The notes beneath the pieces are model-generated. The model searched no databases. It saw only the letters and a list, made by a program, of their open reading frames with translations, and was not told where the DNA came from. Both the position numbers and the translations under genes were made by a program. From NCBI RefSeq assembly GCF_009914755.1, contig NC_060932.1: a DNA stretch of 64,000 nt. One strand, written 5' to 3'. This stretch comes from the human T2T-CHM13v2.0 reference genome, Homo sapiens. This document shows, piece by piece, positions 48,531 through 64,000 of the stretch (position 1 is its first letter; the number at the start of each line of letters is the position of its first letter).

Positions 48531-51513
48531 CCTGTTGTCTCCCATGGACCCACCTCAAAATCAGAGGTGTCACAGTGGTGGTTTAACAACCAAAGTTTCA
48601 AATTAGCCATATACATTCTGGGGGCTTCCAAGATCCCATACTGGGGTCTCCACCCTTATTTCCTTGCTCTCAGAAGTAATGTGTGATGAACCTGTTCTTT
48701 GGAGGAAGTACCTTCCTGTGGGCTGGCTGGCACACTGTCCCAGGCAAGGCCAGCCTGGGGATGTTCTAGATGTTCACTCTTTTTTCTAGTTTCAATCCTG
48801 CAAACTCAGTGGACAGAAGGAGCTAGGGACTTGAAAGCATGAAAGCATTGGATTAGAAAGAAAACTACAAATGCAGTCTGTGTAACAGAATCATGGTATT
48901 TTCATATTGAGAAGGCTCTTTTTGATTCAGCCATTGTTTAGTTAGACCTGTACAAGTTGAATTCGAACTTATTTTCCCACTGTTACTTTTCTAGGTTTGG
49001 TAAAATGTGTGAATGGCTGTGGATCCCATGAAGGTTTTTAAGTTAGAGCACAAAACGTCCTAAAAAGCACGTGACTGGCCTTGCCAGGCAGAGCAGGATG
49101 TAAGGAAAAAAAAACAGAAACTCAGGGAAATGCAAGCATAGATTCCAATTCTATTTGTTATCTTGCAGCAATGTATTTATGGTAGATGGTTTCCACATTA
49201 CCTACTAAACCCAGACGGCAGGAAAAAAAAAAAAATGAATGAACACAGCTCTTCCAAGCTAAGAATATGACTCCAATCAGGTCAGTAAATAGTCAGGAAA
49301 CTACGGTTTTATCAATTCCTGATTTGTTTTGATTCAAAACACTGACCCCCAAATGCTTCCTTTTTTTACCCTCTAAATCTGAAGCTGGTGAAAAATGAAG
49401 TGATTGATAATAAAGCTTTCACTACTTCCAAAAGAAAAAAATAAATGAAAGCAATTTGAATAAAGGGCCATTTACTCTCCTATTCTTTGAATACATTTAT
49501 TCTATACTGATAAGCACACATTTACGCTAGAGAGAAGATGGTCTTCAGAATAAGCACTTACTAGGATTAAATTTACATTATCTGTCTAAATGCACACACA
49601 TTTTAGACTGGCAGTAGTATATGTTGTGCTCACATTTTGCAAACACTGGAAAGGTGAGTTTTTAAAAATACAGTTTTACAACTCTAGAAGTTGGGAGAAA
49701 TATAATTTCCTAATACTAGCTATAGGAGGAAAACAGAAAAGTGACCTATTTTAATGACAAAGCATTCATAATATATCTTCCCCGTACTTAAGAACCAGCT
49801 TCATCTCAGCCCATCACCAGAAAGGAGAGAAATCTCGTGTATAAATAATTAGGCAATCTCAAAATGAGTCTGCAGATGCTCTGAGATAAGCCTGCTGACA
49901 AAGTCACAATGACAGCTTGCTAACGTGTTCACAGGACATCAGCTTCTCTTAAAAGCTGCTTTCGGAACGATCAGCTGGGTTCCTACTGAGTTAAAACACA
50001 AGCATTCGGAGGCAGCTTGTGTTCAACAGCTACATAAATCTATTAATCCAACTAGAGGGGTGGGGGAAACTGAAGATTACATCTCAAAGGCCCTCAAGGC
50101 CTGTGTTTCAAGGAGTAGCAAGATAAATGCAACCAATATAAAATAAAGCTTATCAGTTGTTGGTGTTTTAGATGATGCTACCTTTCAGGGCTGGGGAGTC
50201 AGGAAAGTACATGTCTGAGAAAAATGACCATATGTGGCAACTTGAGCACTGTTTGCCACTGGGCATCAAAATATCTTACCGTGTGCTCATAAGAGTGGAT
50301 CTAAACTCAAACTGTAGTTACATGAGCAAAAGAGCCCCCTGATGAGCTGGTGAAGTTCTCCGTTCAACTACAGCAAAATGGACTGAGCTCCCATCACATG
50401 CCAGGTGTTGGTCTAAGAGACGGATTTGCCGAGGTGACTACACGGAGGTCCCTGCCTTCCAGGGGCATGTGTCATGGTGGGAAATCCAATGAGAAAACAG
50501 TTCGCTTCCACACAATGTGGTGGGTACTTAAAGAGAAGTGTTCTGTGGGAGCCCAGAGCAGAAAAGTCCTGCCTAGAGGTCAGGAAAGATGACCAGAAAT
50601 GACGCCTGAGCTGACTGATGGTCTGGAAGCACCCAGCGAAGAAGAGCAATGATGTTTGCTAAGGCAACGTCGGTACTGTTTCTCCCCAAAGGCATGGGAT
50701 TTTATACACACCACCTGCTTTTCATATAGAAAACTCATGAGGAAGCTCCTCACATTGTTTTTAACAGCAAGTTCAAAACAATCTTATTATATGATTATTG
50801 TCTGCCAGAGAACACCTGGGCATGAATGCTTCCTGAGTTCATTCCAATTCATGACTAAGAACGGTGGGATACAGCACAGAGCCTTAGGGCTGATGCCATG
50901 AAATAAATTCATTGTTGGAGGCTGCTGACCACCCCAAGTCTAATTCTGGGGTAGGTCTCCATTCTACCCTGCAATCACTCCCCTCACTGACAAACGGGCT
51001 AAGCTGCTATATTTGCCAAGTTGCAGCTACCAAAGTAAGTAAATTCAATCCTTGGGCTTGGAGTCAGCAGAGGCATGGGGCCAGCCAGAGACCCAGCTTC
51101 CATAGCACAGGCTGCTGTTCCTAAGCCCTCTGCTCTCACAAGCCTGGGTGCCACACATTCAGCAATAGGAAATTTGATGGCTCCTGGGACTAAGGGTAAA
51201 AAAAGGCTGAAGAAAAGGGAAAATTAATTTTAGCAAACTAGTAGCTACCATTTATTGGTACTTCTTGATGCTAAGTGTTTTACATTCTTTTCCTCAAGTA
51301 ATCTTGGCACATCTAGGGTTCAAGCACTAAGAGCATTCTCCAATTCCTACCAAGGCAGATACTTGGGTAAACCCTGTACAAAGTCTCAGTCTTACATGAA
51401 GCAGAGAGGACTCAGTAAAAAGTTCCAGTAAAGCCAGCTTTCTGGTCTGCAAGAAATGAGATCTAGAGTATCAAATCCATCGTTTTCCAGGGACCAGAGC
51501 ACTCTTTAGAATA

Positions 51514-52980
<1,467 letters not shown>

Positions 52981-55274
52981 TATAATTAGCTCACACCAGC
53001 ACTTTTATGGCTTCCCAGGCAAACAAAATAAATGGCAAAACATATTAGGAAAACAATATAATGACCTGCTACAACCTCCAGTAACCCTGTGCAAAGAGGA
53101 AAGAGGATCCAAGGGTGAAAAACTAACATATTAGGCATCTTCTTCCATTCATTTTTTTCACTTTCTCCTCTATGCCTGCCAAGGAAAAACTCAGATTCTT
53201 GATTTAACACACATTATCTTCAAATAGAATCCTTATCGTTGTCAGACAATGAGAGGAATGTTGCAAATACATCCAACAATCTGGGTATAAGGAATTTCTT
53301 TCTTTAGCTCCTTAGATGTTCTTGATTTTCCCATCAAATCTCTAACCTTACAAAGAAAAGTTGTTTTCTTTTTATTCCACGGACAGGCATGATTCTGAGA
53401 ATTCTGCGTGTTACTACCAAGCTCCACAACCTACACTGTCATAAATCATTCATTCACTCCATCTGTATTTATGAAGCTCTTAATATGGACACAACATTGT
53501 TTTTGTTTAGATCTGTGCCCAGCACAAGGGAAGCATGAGACCATGCATCTGGTCTTTCTGGTACTTCCTCATTTGAGGAGCATTTTATTATATCCAGCTA
53601 TATTTGAAGGTTCAAACTAAGAAGACGAAATAGCAAGTTGCTAAGGTAAAACCCCCAATGCCTTTGAAGATTTTAAGGAAAAGAACAGGGAGAGAGGAGG
53701 AGTGTTACTTGACTCTAATGCCAGTTTAGCTCCATGGATTGCCCAGACATTTGCAGAACACAACTCTTTGGTGAGCCAAAACACCCAGGTAAATGAAGGG
53801 AGAAAAGAAAATACTCTCATTTTCCACTTAAAAACTCTATGTTTATTGTTAATGTATTAGAACATTGTATAAGTTTCCCAAAGTGGCAGATCACCCCTGA
53901 GTTAGAATCAACTCTTAAAATAAAACACACGTACATTTAAAGATTTATCATGGATTCAACTAAACATGAATTAATATGGCATTCCAGAAAGGAGTCAGAC
54001 AGTATTAAAAATTATTTTCAGTCTCCAATGATTAAACTCCCATTTTCCTCCTTTTTCTTCAGTCTTGCTTGCCCAGAGAAATTAGTCCTACAACAACTTG
54101 CCACAGACAGTCTTTATCAAAATATCAAATTAAATGGCGCCTCTAATCAGGAATGTACGGACAGGCTCAATACCAACATGTTAGTGTTACTGGGTTTGAA
54201 AAAACATGAGAAATAACTAAAAATAATGAATCAGGCCTTCAGCCAAAAAATCCGAACTATAAAGGATGTTCTAATGGCAGAAGCTGGGAACAGTCAAATT
54301 CTTAGATGCACTTCTCTTGAACTTCATTTGTGCCAATTCTCAGAGAATTTGTAAAGTATTTCTTAGGAACACGCGTTACTCAAGAGACAGTAACTGACCT
54401 GAAGTTCTTAAAATTTGTTCTTTAATTAACTAGAACATAAAGAATGTGTCTTATCTTCAGGAACTTCTGGTTCTGCTAAGAAAATCAGTTGCAACAGCTT
54501 CAAGCTAACAGTGATACTAAACATGGCTGCAAAGACCAGCTCTTAAGGATAACTGGAAACGTGAGAATAACTTCTCAAATATGAAACTTTGTCCTATTTC
54601 CAGGACTACAATTATCTGGAATCCAATTTCTTTTTCTAAAAAAGAAAGGGAAATAAAAAGCAGTTCCTATAACAAACCTGATGTGCCTATGTCCTTCTTA
54701 GTTTAGTTTTATTTTTAAGCGTGCAAACTTATGTTTAACAAAGAATGAAGGTAAACGCAGGCAGCTATGGTGTATTTTAAGGAAAAATGGATGAGTATAA
54801 GGAAGTCTACCATTTACTAGATTGTATATTACTTTAGGTAAGTCACTTTAAGGCATAAACATACCTATTGCTTTATGTGTAAAATGAGAATATTTGTGAA
54901 GATTGAAATGGGTATGTTCTTTAAAATATCATAGGAGCCGGTACTTTGTAGTTATATATGATAAATGCTAGGATGTGACTTAATATAGAATTAAATTGAC
55001 ACTCATGATTCATGTCACTCTTACATTTACCCTCTTATAACTCAAGTGATTCCCAGAAGAGGGGTACACCTCAGGGTACTACCTGCCCCCCAACACCAGG
55101 TGGCTTCATGAAAATTCTTGGGACTAAATTATATTATCAAGAAGTCCAAGAGAATGCTTTAGCTGGAAAAAGTGGGGTGGTGGGGAGAAGGTTGGGGAGA
55201 GGGAAGTAGGAGAGAGAGAGAAAGAAGGACAGAGAAATTGGAAAAAAAAAAGTGTGAAGAAAAAAAAAATTACC

Positions 55275-55425
55275 CTGTGGTTAGTTTCTACTCACTTTAA
55301 GAAAGTGAAGGATTTACTCTAGGAAGTGGTAACAAAGGGTGTGCTCACTTTGTGAAAACTGGTCAAGCTGGACATTTAAGATGTGTGAACTTTTTTTGGA
55401 TATATATTATGCCTCAATTAAAAAA
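55275..55425 (+). mobile_element. Old L1 (L1ME-like) 3' end
   Basis: tcactttgtgaaaact..tcaagctg.acatttaagatgtgtgaacttt...tattatgcctcaattaaaaa. Confidence 0.6.
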
Positions 55426-55569
55426 GCTGACTTTAAATGTGTCTTTCAAAAAAGAACTAAAAGAACATTCCATTTCTAGCTCTGAGCAAAGAAAAAAATT
55501 AAATCAAAAAGACCTATAAATATACCACTTGATCAAAGTGTACTTATAGGAACTCTGGTGAAAAGAAGC

Positions 55570-55700
55570 CAGAATTCCAAGTGGGAGAGACCTAGATTCA
55601 AATCTAGCTCTGTTGGCTGACCGTGGGCAAGCTGACATTCCTGAGCCTTGGTTTTTCTCTTCTGTATAATGGAGTAAAGAGTAACTTCCTTCAAGAGGCA
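55570..55700 (+). mobile_element. MIR SINE
   Basis: agacctagattcaaatctagctctg...tgaccgtgggcaag...ctgagccttggttt..tctgtataatgg. Confidence 0.75.
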
Positions 55701-55842
55701 CGTAGGTACCAACAAGTATTATTCCCTTCCCCATTCCTACTCTGCTCTGAAAAATCATCAAGGTCAGAGTCCACACCAAGTCCTGTTGTTTTAATATGGT
55801 GCCTGGCACATGGGGGGCAGCTTGATAAAACTTTGTAGAAGG

Positions 55843-55929
55843 GGGAGGCGGAGGTTGCAGTGACCTGAAATCGTACCACTGCACTCCAGCCTGGTGACAG
55901 AGCGAGACTGTCTCAAAAAAACCAAAACA
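55843..55929 (+). mobile_element. 5'-truncated Alu (right-arm end only)
   Basis: gggaggcggaggttgcagtga...gagactgtctcaaaa; outer TSD actttgt(a/g)ga. Confidence 0.9.
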
Positions 55930-56407
<478 letters not shown>

Positions 56408-58745
56408 TTAAAAAGGCTACACTTCCTGCTATTTGCTTTTGCTTACATAAAACCAACTCTGCTTCCTCATTCTTTAGTATCCCTGATTTGCATGACTCTT
56501 GGCTTGGTATTCTATCCCTCGTAATTCTTACAGCAGTTGTTTGACCATTCCTCACCATTCAAGGTCTTATTTCACTTAACACTTTAACTTTGAACATGTG
56601 TTACTTTCACAGCATCTCTCACAAGGCAAGTGCTCAAATTTAATTTTGATTGATTTAATTCTTGGAACACAAGTTCGGAACCCATCTAAATACTAGCTTA
56701 TGTTAAGTCTCTACCCAACTAGTTTCATGTAAGGAGAATATACAAACCAGGAATAGCAATAATGATAATAAGACTGATGCCTGTGACAGACTAAAGTAAT
56801 AGATTTATTTCCCATTCAATTTAGGAACCCTTAGAATTCTTCTAACACAGCAGTCCAGGAAGCCACTACCAATCAATCTAAGTTGCCATCAGTTGAAATC
56901 TATTAGTCATTCCCAGGAATAAATATCCTCCAGTATGACAGCTCTCCAACACCTTATGACCTCAGAAAATGTATCCCAAATCTGTCTTAACACATGCAAT
57001 GTTTCCTACGAAATTCCTTAAAGCACAGAATTCATACCCTGTATCTTAAACTTCTAACACACAACTAGTATACTCAAAACCGAAAGATGATGTACATCAT
57101 GAACACTTGAAAAATTCACGAATTAAAAATGTCTTACAGGGAAAGCAGTTGTCTCCTTGGGAAAGAATGGTGTATGGTTTACACCTATTTTAAGGAGAAT
57201 GATGGTGGCATGAGCAGGTGTCAGATCTCAGAGCAGAAGGCAGAGGTCTTGTCATACAGGTCTTACTCCACCCCACAAACCCCATCCAATATTGCTTGAC
57301 TAATTTGGAATGGCTATTACTCAACATTTGGAGAATCAGAATTCCAAGCAGAGAAAGCAAACAAGAAAAAAGGAACAGTTTGCTGTAGCATATCTCCCTC
57401 ACCCCACGGAATTAAGATGGCCCAAACCATGGCTGACCATGCATTCACTTACATACAGCCCTGACTTCTCTATAAAGGATGTAGCTTTCCTCAAGGAATC
57501 CCTTCTTCCTTTTCTCCATCCCCCAAACAATTCTCAGATCAAACAACAAAGCTGCCTCTGCAAAGTCTACTAATATCCTGATTATTCTCCAAACATAAAA
57601 AGGTGAAAATGAATTGTTAGTCTTTTAATAACGAATGCAATCAGTCCATCTAAGAGTTTAGCAATTTTCCCTAACAACATACTTCTCTCCACCCTCACCC
57701 TTACTTTTCTGAGCTTTCAAACACTGTGAAACATTTGCTCTAGGTACCTAGCATCAGAGCCTTGCACAAAGGGTTGGAGAGAACAATCGACAAAGCCTCT
57801 ATCTGTTTCATCATGATGGTTCCCCTTACTAATAGGAAGTGTGCTTCCTGTCCATCCTTTGACTTTTGCTGTCAGTGGGAACCCTATTGCCTTAAAATAA
57901 CATTCTGAATTCACCTGCTTACTGTTGAGCACGCTAGCACTTTCAGTAGTGACACTTAAAAATGGAAAGTTCCATTAATTGTTAATAATGGAAAATGAGA
58001 TACTCTGAATTAGGAATATGCTCTCACTTTGCTGTTTATTATAGCTATCAGTTCTGCCATATTATATATGAATTCATAAATTATGCTGTGAGATTTACTC
58101 TCATACCACATTGAACTTGGTAAGAATCTACTCTAGGTCTTCCTGATTAAATTCACATTTTAAAAAAAAATTAATGGGTAAGTATTTATCCACTATTAGG
58201 AAACTCTCACTTTTTGAAGCGATCTATAAAGTCTAGTAATCAGCCTGTGAGCAAGTTCAGGTATTTATAAGCCTATAAAATACACCTGCCACATGTGGGT
58301 TTTTACACTTGAACAGTAAGATGGCATTGGCTCTGCAATATTTTTGAAAAAGCCAAATACCTACCTCTTCATCACTTGTAAAATTAAAGGGCAATCGTAA
58401 ACATCGGATACATTTCTATTTCTTAAATAGGATCTAAAGTTTAAAGAAACAGCTTTCTGGCTCATTTTAGCCAAACATTAAAGTTTCACTAATTTAGGTA
58501 ACATTCATTTGGTATCCAAAAATGAGCATAAATACTGTGTGCTGGAAAAAAACTCTTTAAGCAAACAAATGCTATCAGTAATACAGGATTAAGGGGGATG
58601 ATATATGTTCCCTCAAAAGAATTATTTCCCAAAACTGCATTTACAAAGAATAAATGAAACTTAAAACTATTCTGTATCTCTTACAAATCAGTCTCTTAAA
58701 AACTCATTTTACAATAGGGTCAGACAATGATAAAAACTTAGAACT

Positions 58746-59087
<342 letters not shown>

Positions 59088-59162
59088 ACAACTTGGAACT
59101 AGCTGGGTAAAGAATATAGTGGCCTAAGGAAATCGTTATTAGCCCCAATTTATAAACAATTA

Positions 59163-59609
<447 letters not shown>

Positions 59610-60160
59610 CTAAGAGTAAGACATTGAGAAATGCCAAATCAGGCCCTTCAGTTGCAATTGGAAATTTAAAACTATGTTTTTCATTTACAAGAAAGAAAAT
59701 TCACTTCTAGCATGTTATCTTTATCATCATATTAGGCCATATTGTAGATGAGAACACTGGAGTTTAAAGAGATCAAATAGTATGTAATAAAAGGAGAACC
59801 AACATCTTTTAAAAACTGTAAATGTATGTGATCCTGTTTGTGGACCAGCAGAGATTATGCTAGTTTGATTTAGTGAATTGTGTGAATAATGAATAAATTC
59901 AAAAAATATGTATTTTTTTGTTCCCATGTTTTTTATATTTATTTCAAGTTTACAATACAAGCAGATTTAAGCTGAGCAAGGGTTCCTTGAGAAGGAGGGC
60001 CCGACATGGATCTGAAAGCTGGTGCTATTAATAGTTTGAAAAGAAACAAAATCATAGTTGGATGGTACATGCATTTGCCATCATTTATTGTCATCATTCA
60101 TTGCCACCATTTCCCAGTTCATTTCCTGGAAATCCTGCTGCAGAAAAGGTTGTAAATTAA

Positions 60161-60566
<406 letters not shown>

Positions 60567-61074
60567 TAAATGCCTCAGCCAGATGCACAATAGACTAGTC
60601 ATCATTTTCACAAGCTCCAGTTAAACCACACGAGTAAGGGCATAGGAGGTCAAAGGGGGCTGCCGATGATGAAGAAACCGGGCTGCCAGGAGGAAGGCAA
60701 ATAAGAGCAAGAGTGTTTTCCACTAGTAGGTCACCTTACAGATACTGACATATCTGTCTCCTGGCTAGGCACTCCTTCCTCTCCACCACTCCAGGAAAGA
60801 TGGTCCACCCGGTGTGGGATCCAACCACAGCTTACAGACACAACAAAAACTTCCTGTGAGAGCTTGAGACTGCCGAAAACACATCTAGTTTTGCTTTATT
60901 CTTGCTACTTGGAACTACAGCCTGGGAACAGATACACTGAATTACTGCGACAGCCAGAGAGAAAATCATGAAATAGGAGGAGGGAGGAAGAAGAGTCAAC
61001 TGGGAAAAGGGAAAGGAAATTAAATGAACAGAGAATCAATTATATGTGAGCCTGTCTCTGCTTCATATGTTATA

Positions 61075-61190
61075 CAATTTAAGCACCAAGTGTCATTGTC
61101 CTCATTTCACATATGAGTTGACGGAAGCTTAGAAAAGCCTAGCAACAGGACCAAATGCTTTGACTCTACTTTGCAAACTCTTTCCACATA
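61075..61190 (-). mobile_element. MIR fragment
   Basis: attgtcctcatttcacatatgag...gaagcttaga...tttgactct. Confidence 0.5.
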
Positions 61191-61474
61191 ATCATGGCAG
61201 GATCCGCATGATCCTGAACTGGAGAAACAATATAGTCAACTAATGCTCTGTATGTGTCTCAGAAATAGCTTTGCTGCTGGGTGCCACTGGTACATGCAAT
61301 GTAACCACAGACAGGCCAATGAGGCCTAAATCTGTTAGATGTCGGGCTGCAGAGATGGATGATGCCAGAAGGATCAAGGTGAAGGGCGTGAACTCTAGAG
61401 TCGAGCTGTCCAAGGCTGATTTCTGACTGCAAGACTCACTGGCAAAGTGACCCTGACAATAACACGTGCTCTCC

Positions 61475-61580
61475 AACCTTCAGCATCCTCAGCTGTAAAT
61501 GGACTAACAGCACTTGCCTCAGGTGCCAGTGGGTGTTTAGCCCAGTGCCTGGCACACGGCAAGTTCTTTAGTGTTATTAA
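61475..61580 (+). mobile_element. MIR 3' fragment
   Basis: tcctcagctgtaaatgg...ttagcccagtgcctggcac. Confidence 0.6.
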
Positions 61581-62379
61581 GTTCTTTGATAATTAAATTT
61601 CCCCAGTTGTGTAATTAAGCCAATGGCAGGAAAAGATCATAAATACAGATAAGCTCCAAATAAACCTTGGCACAAGAAAAGGCCTCCTGTCTCCTGGTAT
61701 GCTGTAGGGTGGCAGGAAGCATGTTACTCTAACCATCACAAAAAAGCAGAGGCTCTGATAAGTGATTACTCCAACCGCAATAACCCAAGAGATGAAACTC
61801 CCTCATTCTGAATGGCCAGTTCCGATTCCCTATCCAATGAGCAACTGAGTCTAAATCCCATCAATGAAGCCTACAAAAGGGACAAAAGTCAGCAACCAAC
61901 ATCACAGCCCACTCAAGCTCAGAGAGCTGCCCTGCTCACCAAGAGAAGGCAAGTCAAGAGCTAAGGGCAAATGGGGAACCCTTTGAGACTGGCCTCAGAA
62001 AGAAGGCCAACGGTGGACCTAAATTTCACATTTCTCAAACACTTATTCTGCGAGCTTGTAAAAAGCAGTCTCTTCAACACCTGGGTCTTCTGAGCTCAGC
62101 AAAAAGTGCCAGGTTCGAGGATACCCAGAATTCTCCCTCATCTTTCACTTTGAACTGAGCTGGCCTGCTGCAAATATTGTTTCAATATCACATCATGACA
62201 CTTTATTCTAGTACTTAGCTTGATGCCTTCTGCAGAGCAAGCACTCAGTAAATATTTGTTGATTACACCAACAGAATTATTTTATTTTTAAAAAACACTG
62301 ACACAATCTGCAATATGAATCTTCTTTCTCACGGGAGCTATGTTTAGTTATTTTTAGGATATCCCTGCAGAAATGCACA

Positions 62380-62485
62380 AAAAGAGGGAGAAAAGAAGAA
62401 AAAGAGGAAAAGGAAGAAGAGTAGAAGAGAGAGAGAGGATAAGAGAGCTAATTTTTAGGCACCTGAAGAAGAAGAAGAAAAAAAG
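62380..62485. repeat. GA-rich low-complexity tract
   Basis: long purine-rich stretch. Confidence 0.75.
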
Positions 62486-63192
62486 ACTATTGAAGACAAG
62501 GTGTTAGAAATGAGGCACGATGGCTCTGAGATCAAAAATGGCACCATATTGCAAGAGGGAGAGAGAGACCCAAATTAACATCCTTTCCTTGCAAATGGTT
62601 CTGTCCTATAGCAGAGTATACTAAAGAATACTGCTTAGAAGTCCTAACAGAGCTAGATCTTGCCATCATTAGAGATTGCCTCAACAATTTTCAAGCCCTG
62701 AGATTTACCCTTTACAATTTTCTATTTTAGGACCTAAGGGGCAGGTAGGAGAACTTTCACTTTTTACTTTATCCCTTTTCTTATTCCTTTATTTATTTAT
62801 TACAATGGGTAGGTACCAATTTAGTATTTAAAAACTAATTATCTCCCTTCAGAACTAGAAGAGATCTTGAAAATAATTAATTTCAGTGGTCTTCTTTGTT
62901 GGAGAGAAAACCATGGGCTTACAAGAGATCAAGCTGAGTCTGGGATGCAGGCTTCCTAACTTGGGGGCCAGTGTTCATTCAGCTTCCTGGATCACATCAA
63001 CAGTCTCAGAGCACTGGGTGGCAGAGGCCAAGGAGGAGCGACAAAGTGTGATGAGTTTATTCTGGCTAGAGTGGATCCTGATCCCCTAATAGTGAATCAT
63101 CTACAATTTTACAACATGACCACCAGAAAGCATATACATATAATGTCCCAAAGTCAAGAGCAATCTGAAGAAAAATTTCTTCCCACAATTTA

Positions 63193-63625
<433 letters not shown>

Positions 63626-64000
63626 GGTGTCAGACAGTCCAAGAGAACACAATGCATGCCAGGGTTCTGGTTCCCCTAGCTTCCCTGTCCCCTTTGCTAG
63701 AAATTAACATCAAACCACAGAAAATGCCTCAGTAACTACTTCTTCAGCTCATCTCCAGTCTAGGGGCCCCAGTATATAGTGGCAGTTCAGGGTATCTCCT
63801 TCTGTTTTTCAGACACTTCAACTGTTCCAAAGACCTGGGCAAAATCTCCCTTTTTTAAACCATGTGGAGAATCTTCTTTCCTATTGTCATTAGTTAAGTA
63901 TAAAATCAAAAGCAGAGACTCTCTTTAACCAGTACAGCCTCTTTTCCAGAGAATGCCAAGGAGACGCTAACCCAGTTTGGTCCTGAGCTGGTTTCCATCT

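Noticed and set aside
50656-50901. Short motif RQR..FSPKAW recalling an ARHGEF3 isoform N-terminus
   Set aside because: Only a few residues match, with no supporting splice structure; likely chance.

Overview
Primate (human-like) non-coding genomic DNA. No protein-coding exon, RNA gene or CRISPR array can be supported; the ORF track is mostly Alu- or Tigger-derived or chance ORFs. The window holds about 32 Alu elements, a full-length Tigger1 split by four Alu insertions, a Tigger3b-like element, MER20/MER30/MER58/MER102 hAT relics, MaLR/ERV LTRs, L1/L2/MIR fragments and microsatellites. Base skew and two candidate promoter/first-exon modules suggest a large intron of a minus-strand gene that I cannot name. 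The standout is a recent inverted duplication: a 54-bp unique flank plus an old but CpG-rich Alu at 47981-48355 recurs inverted at 59185-59545, with only 2 substitutions and a poly-A length difference. The pair brackets 10.8 kb and could be an inversion breakpoint pair, a recombination substrate or a long dsRNA stem. Repeat family names come from recall of consensus sequences, and boundaries of old repeats are approximate.
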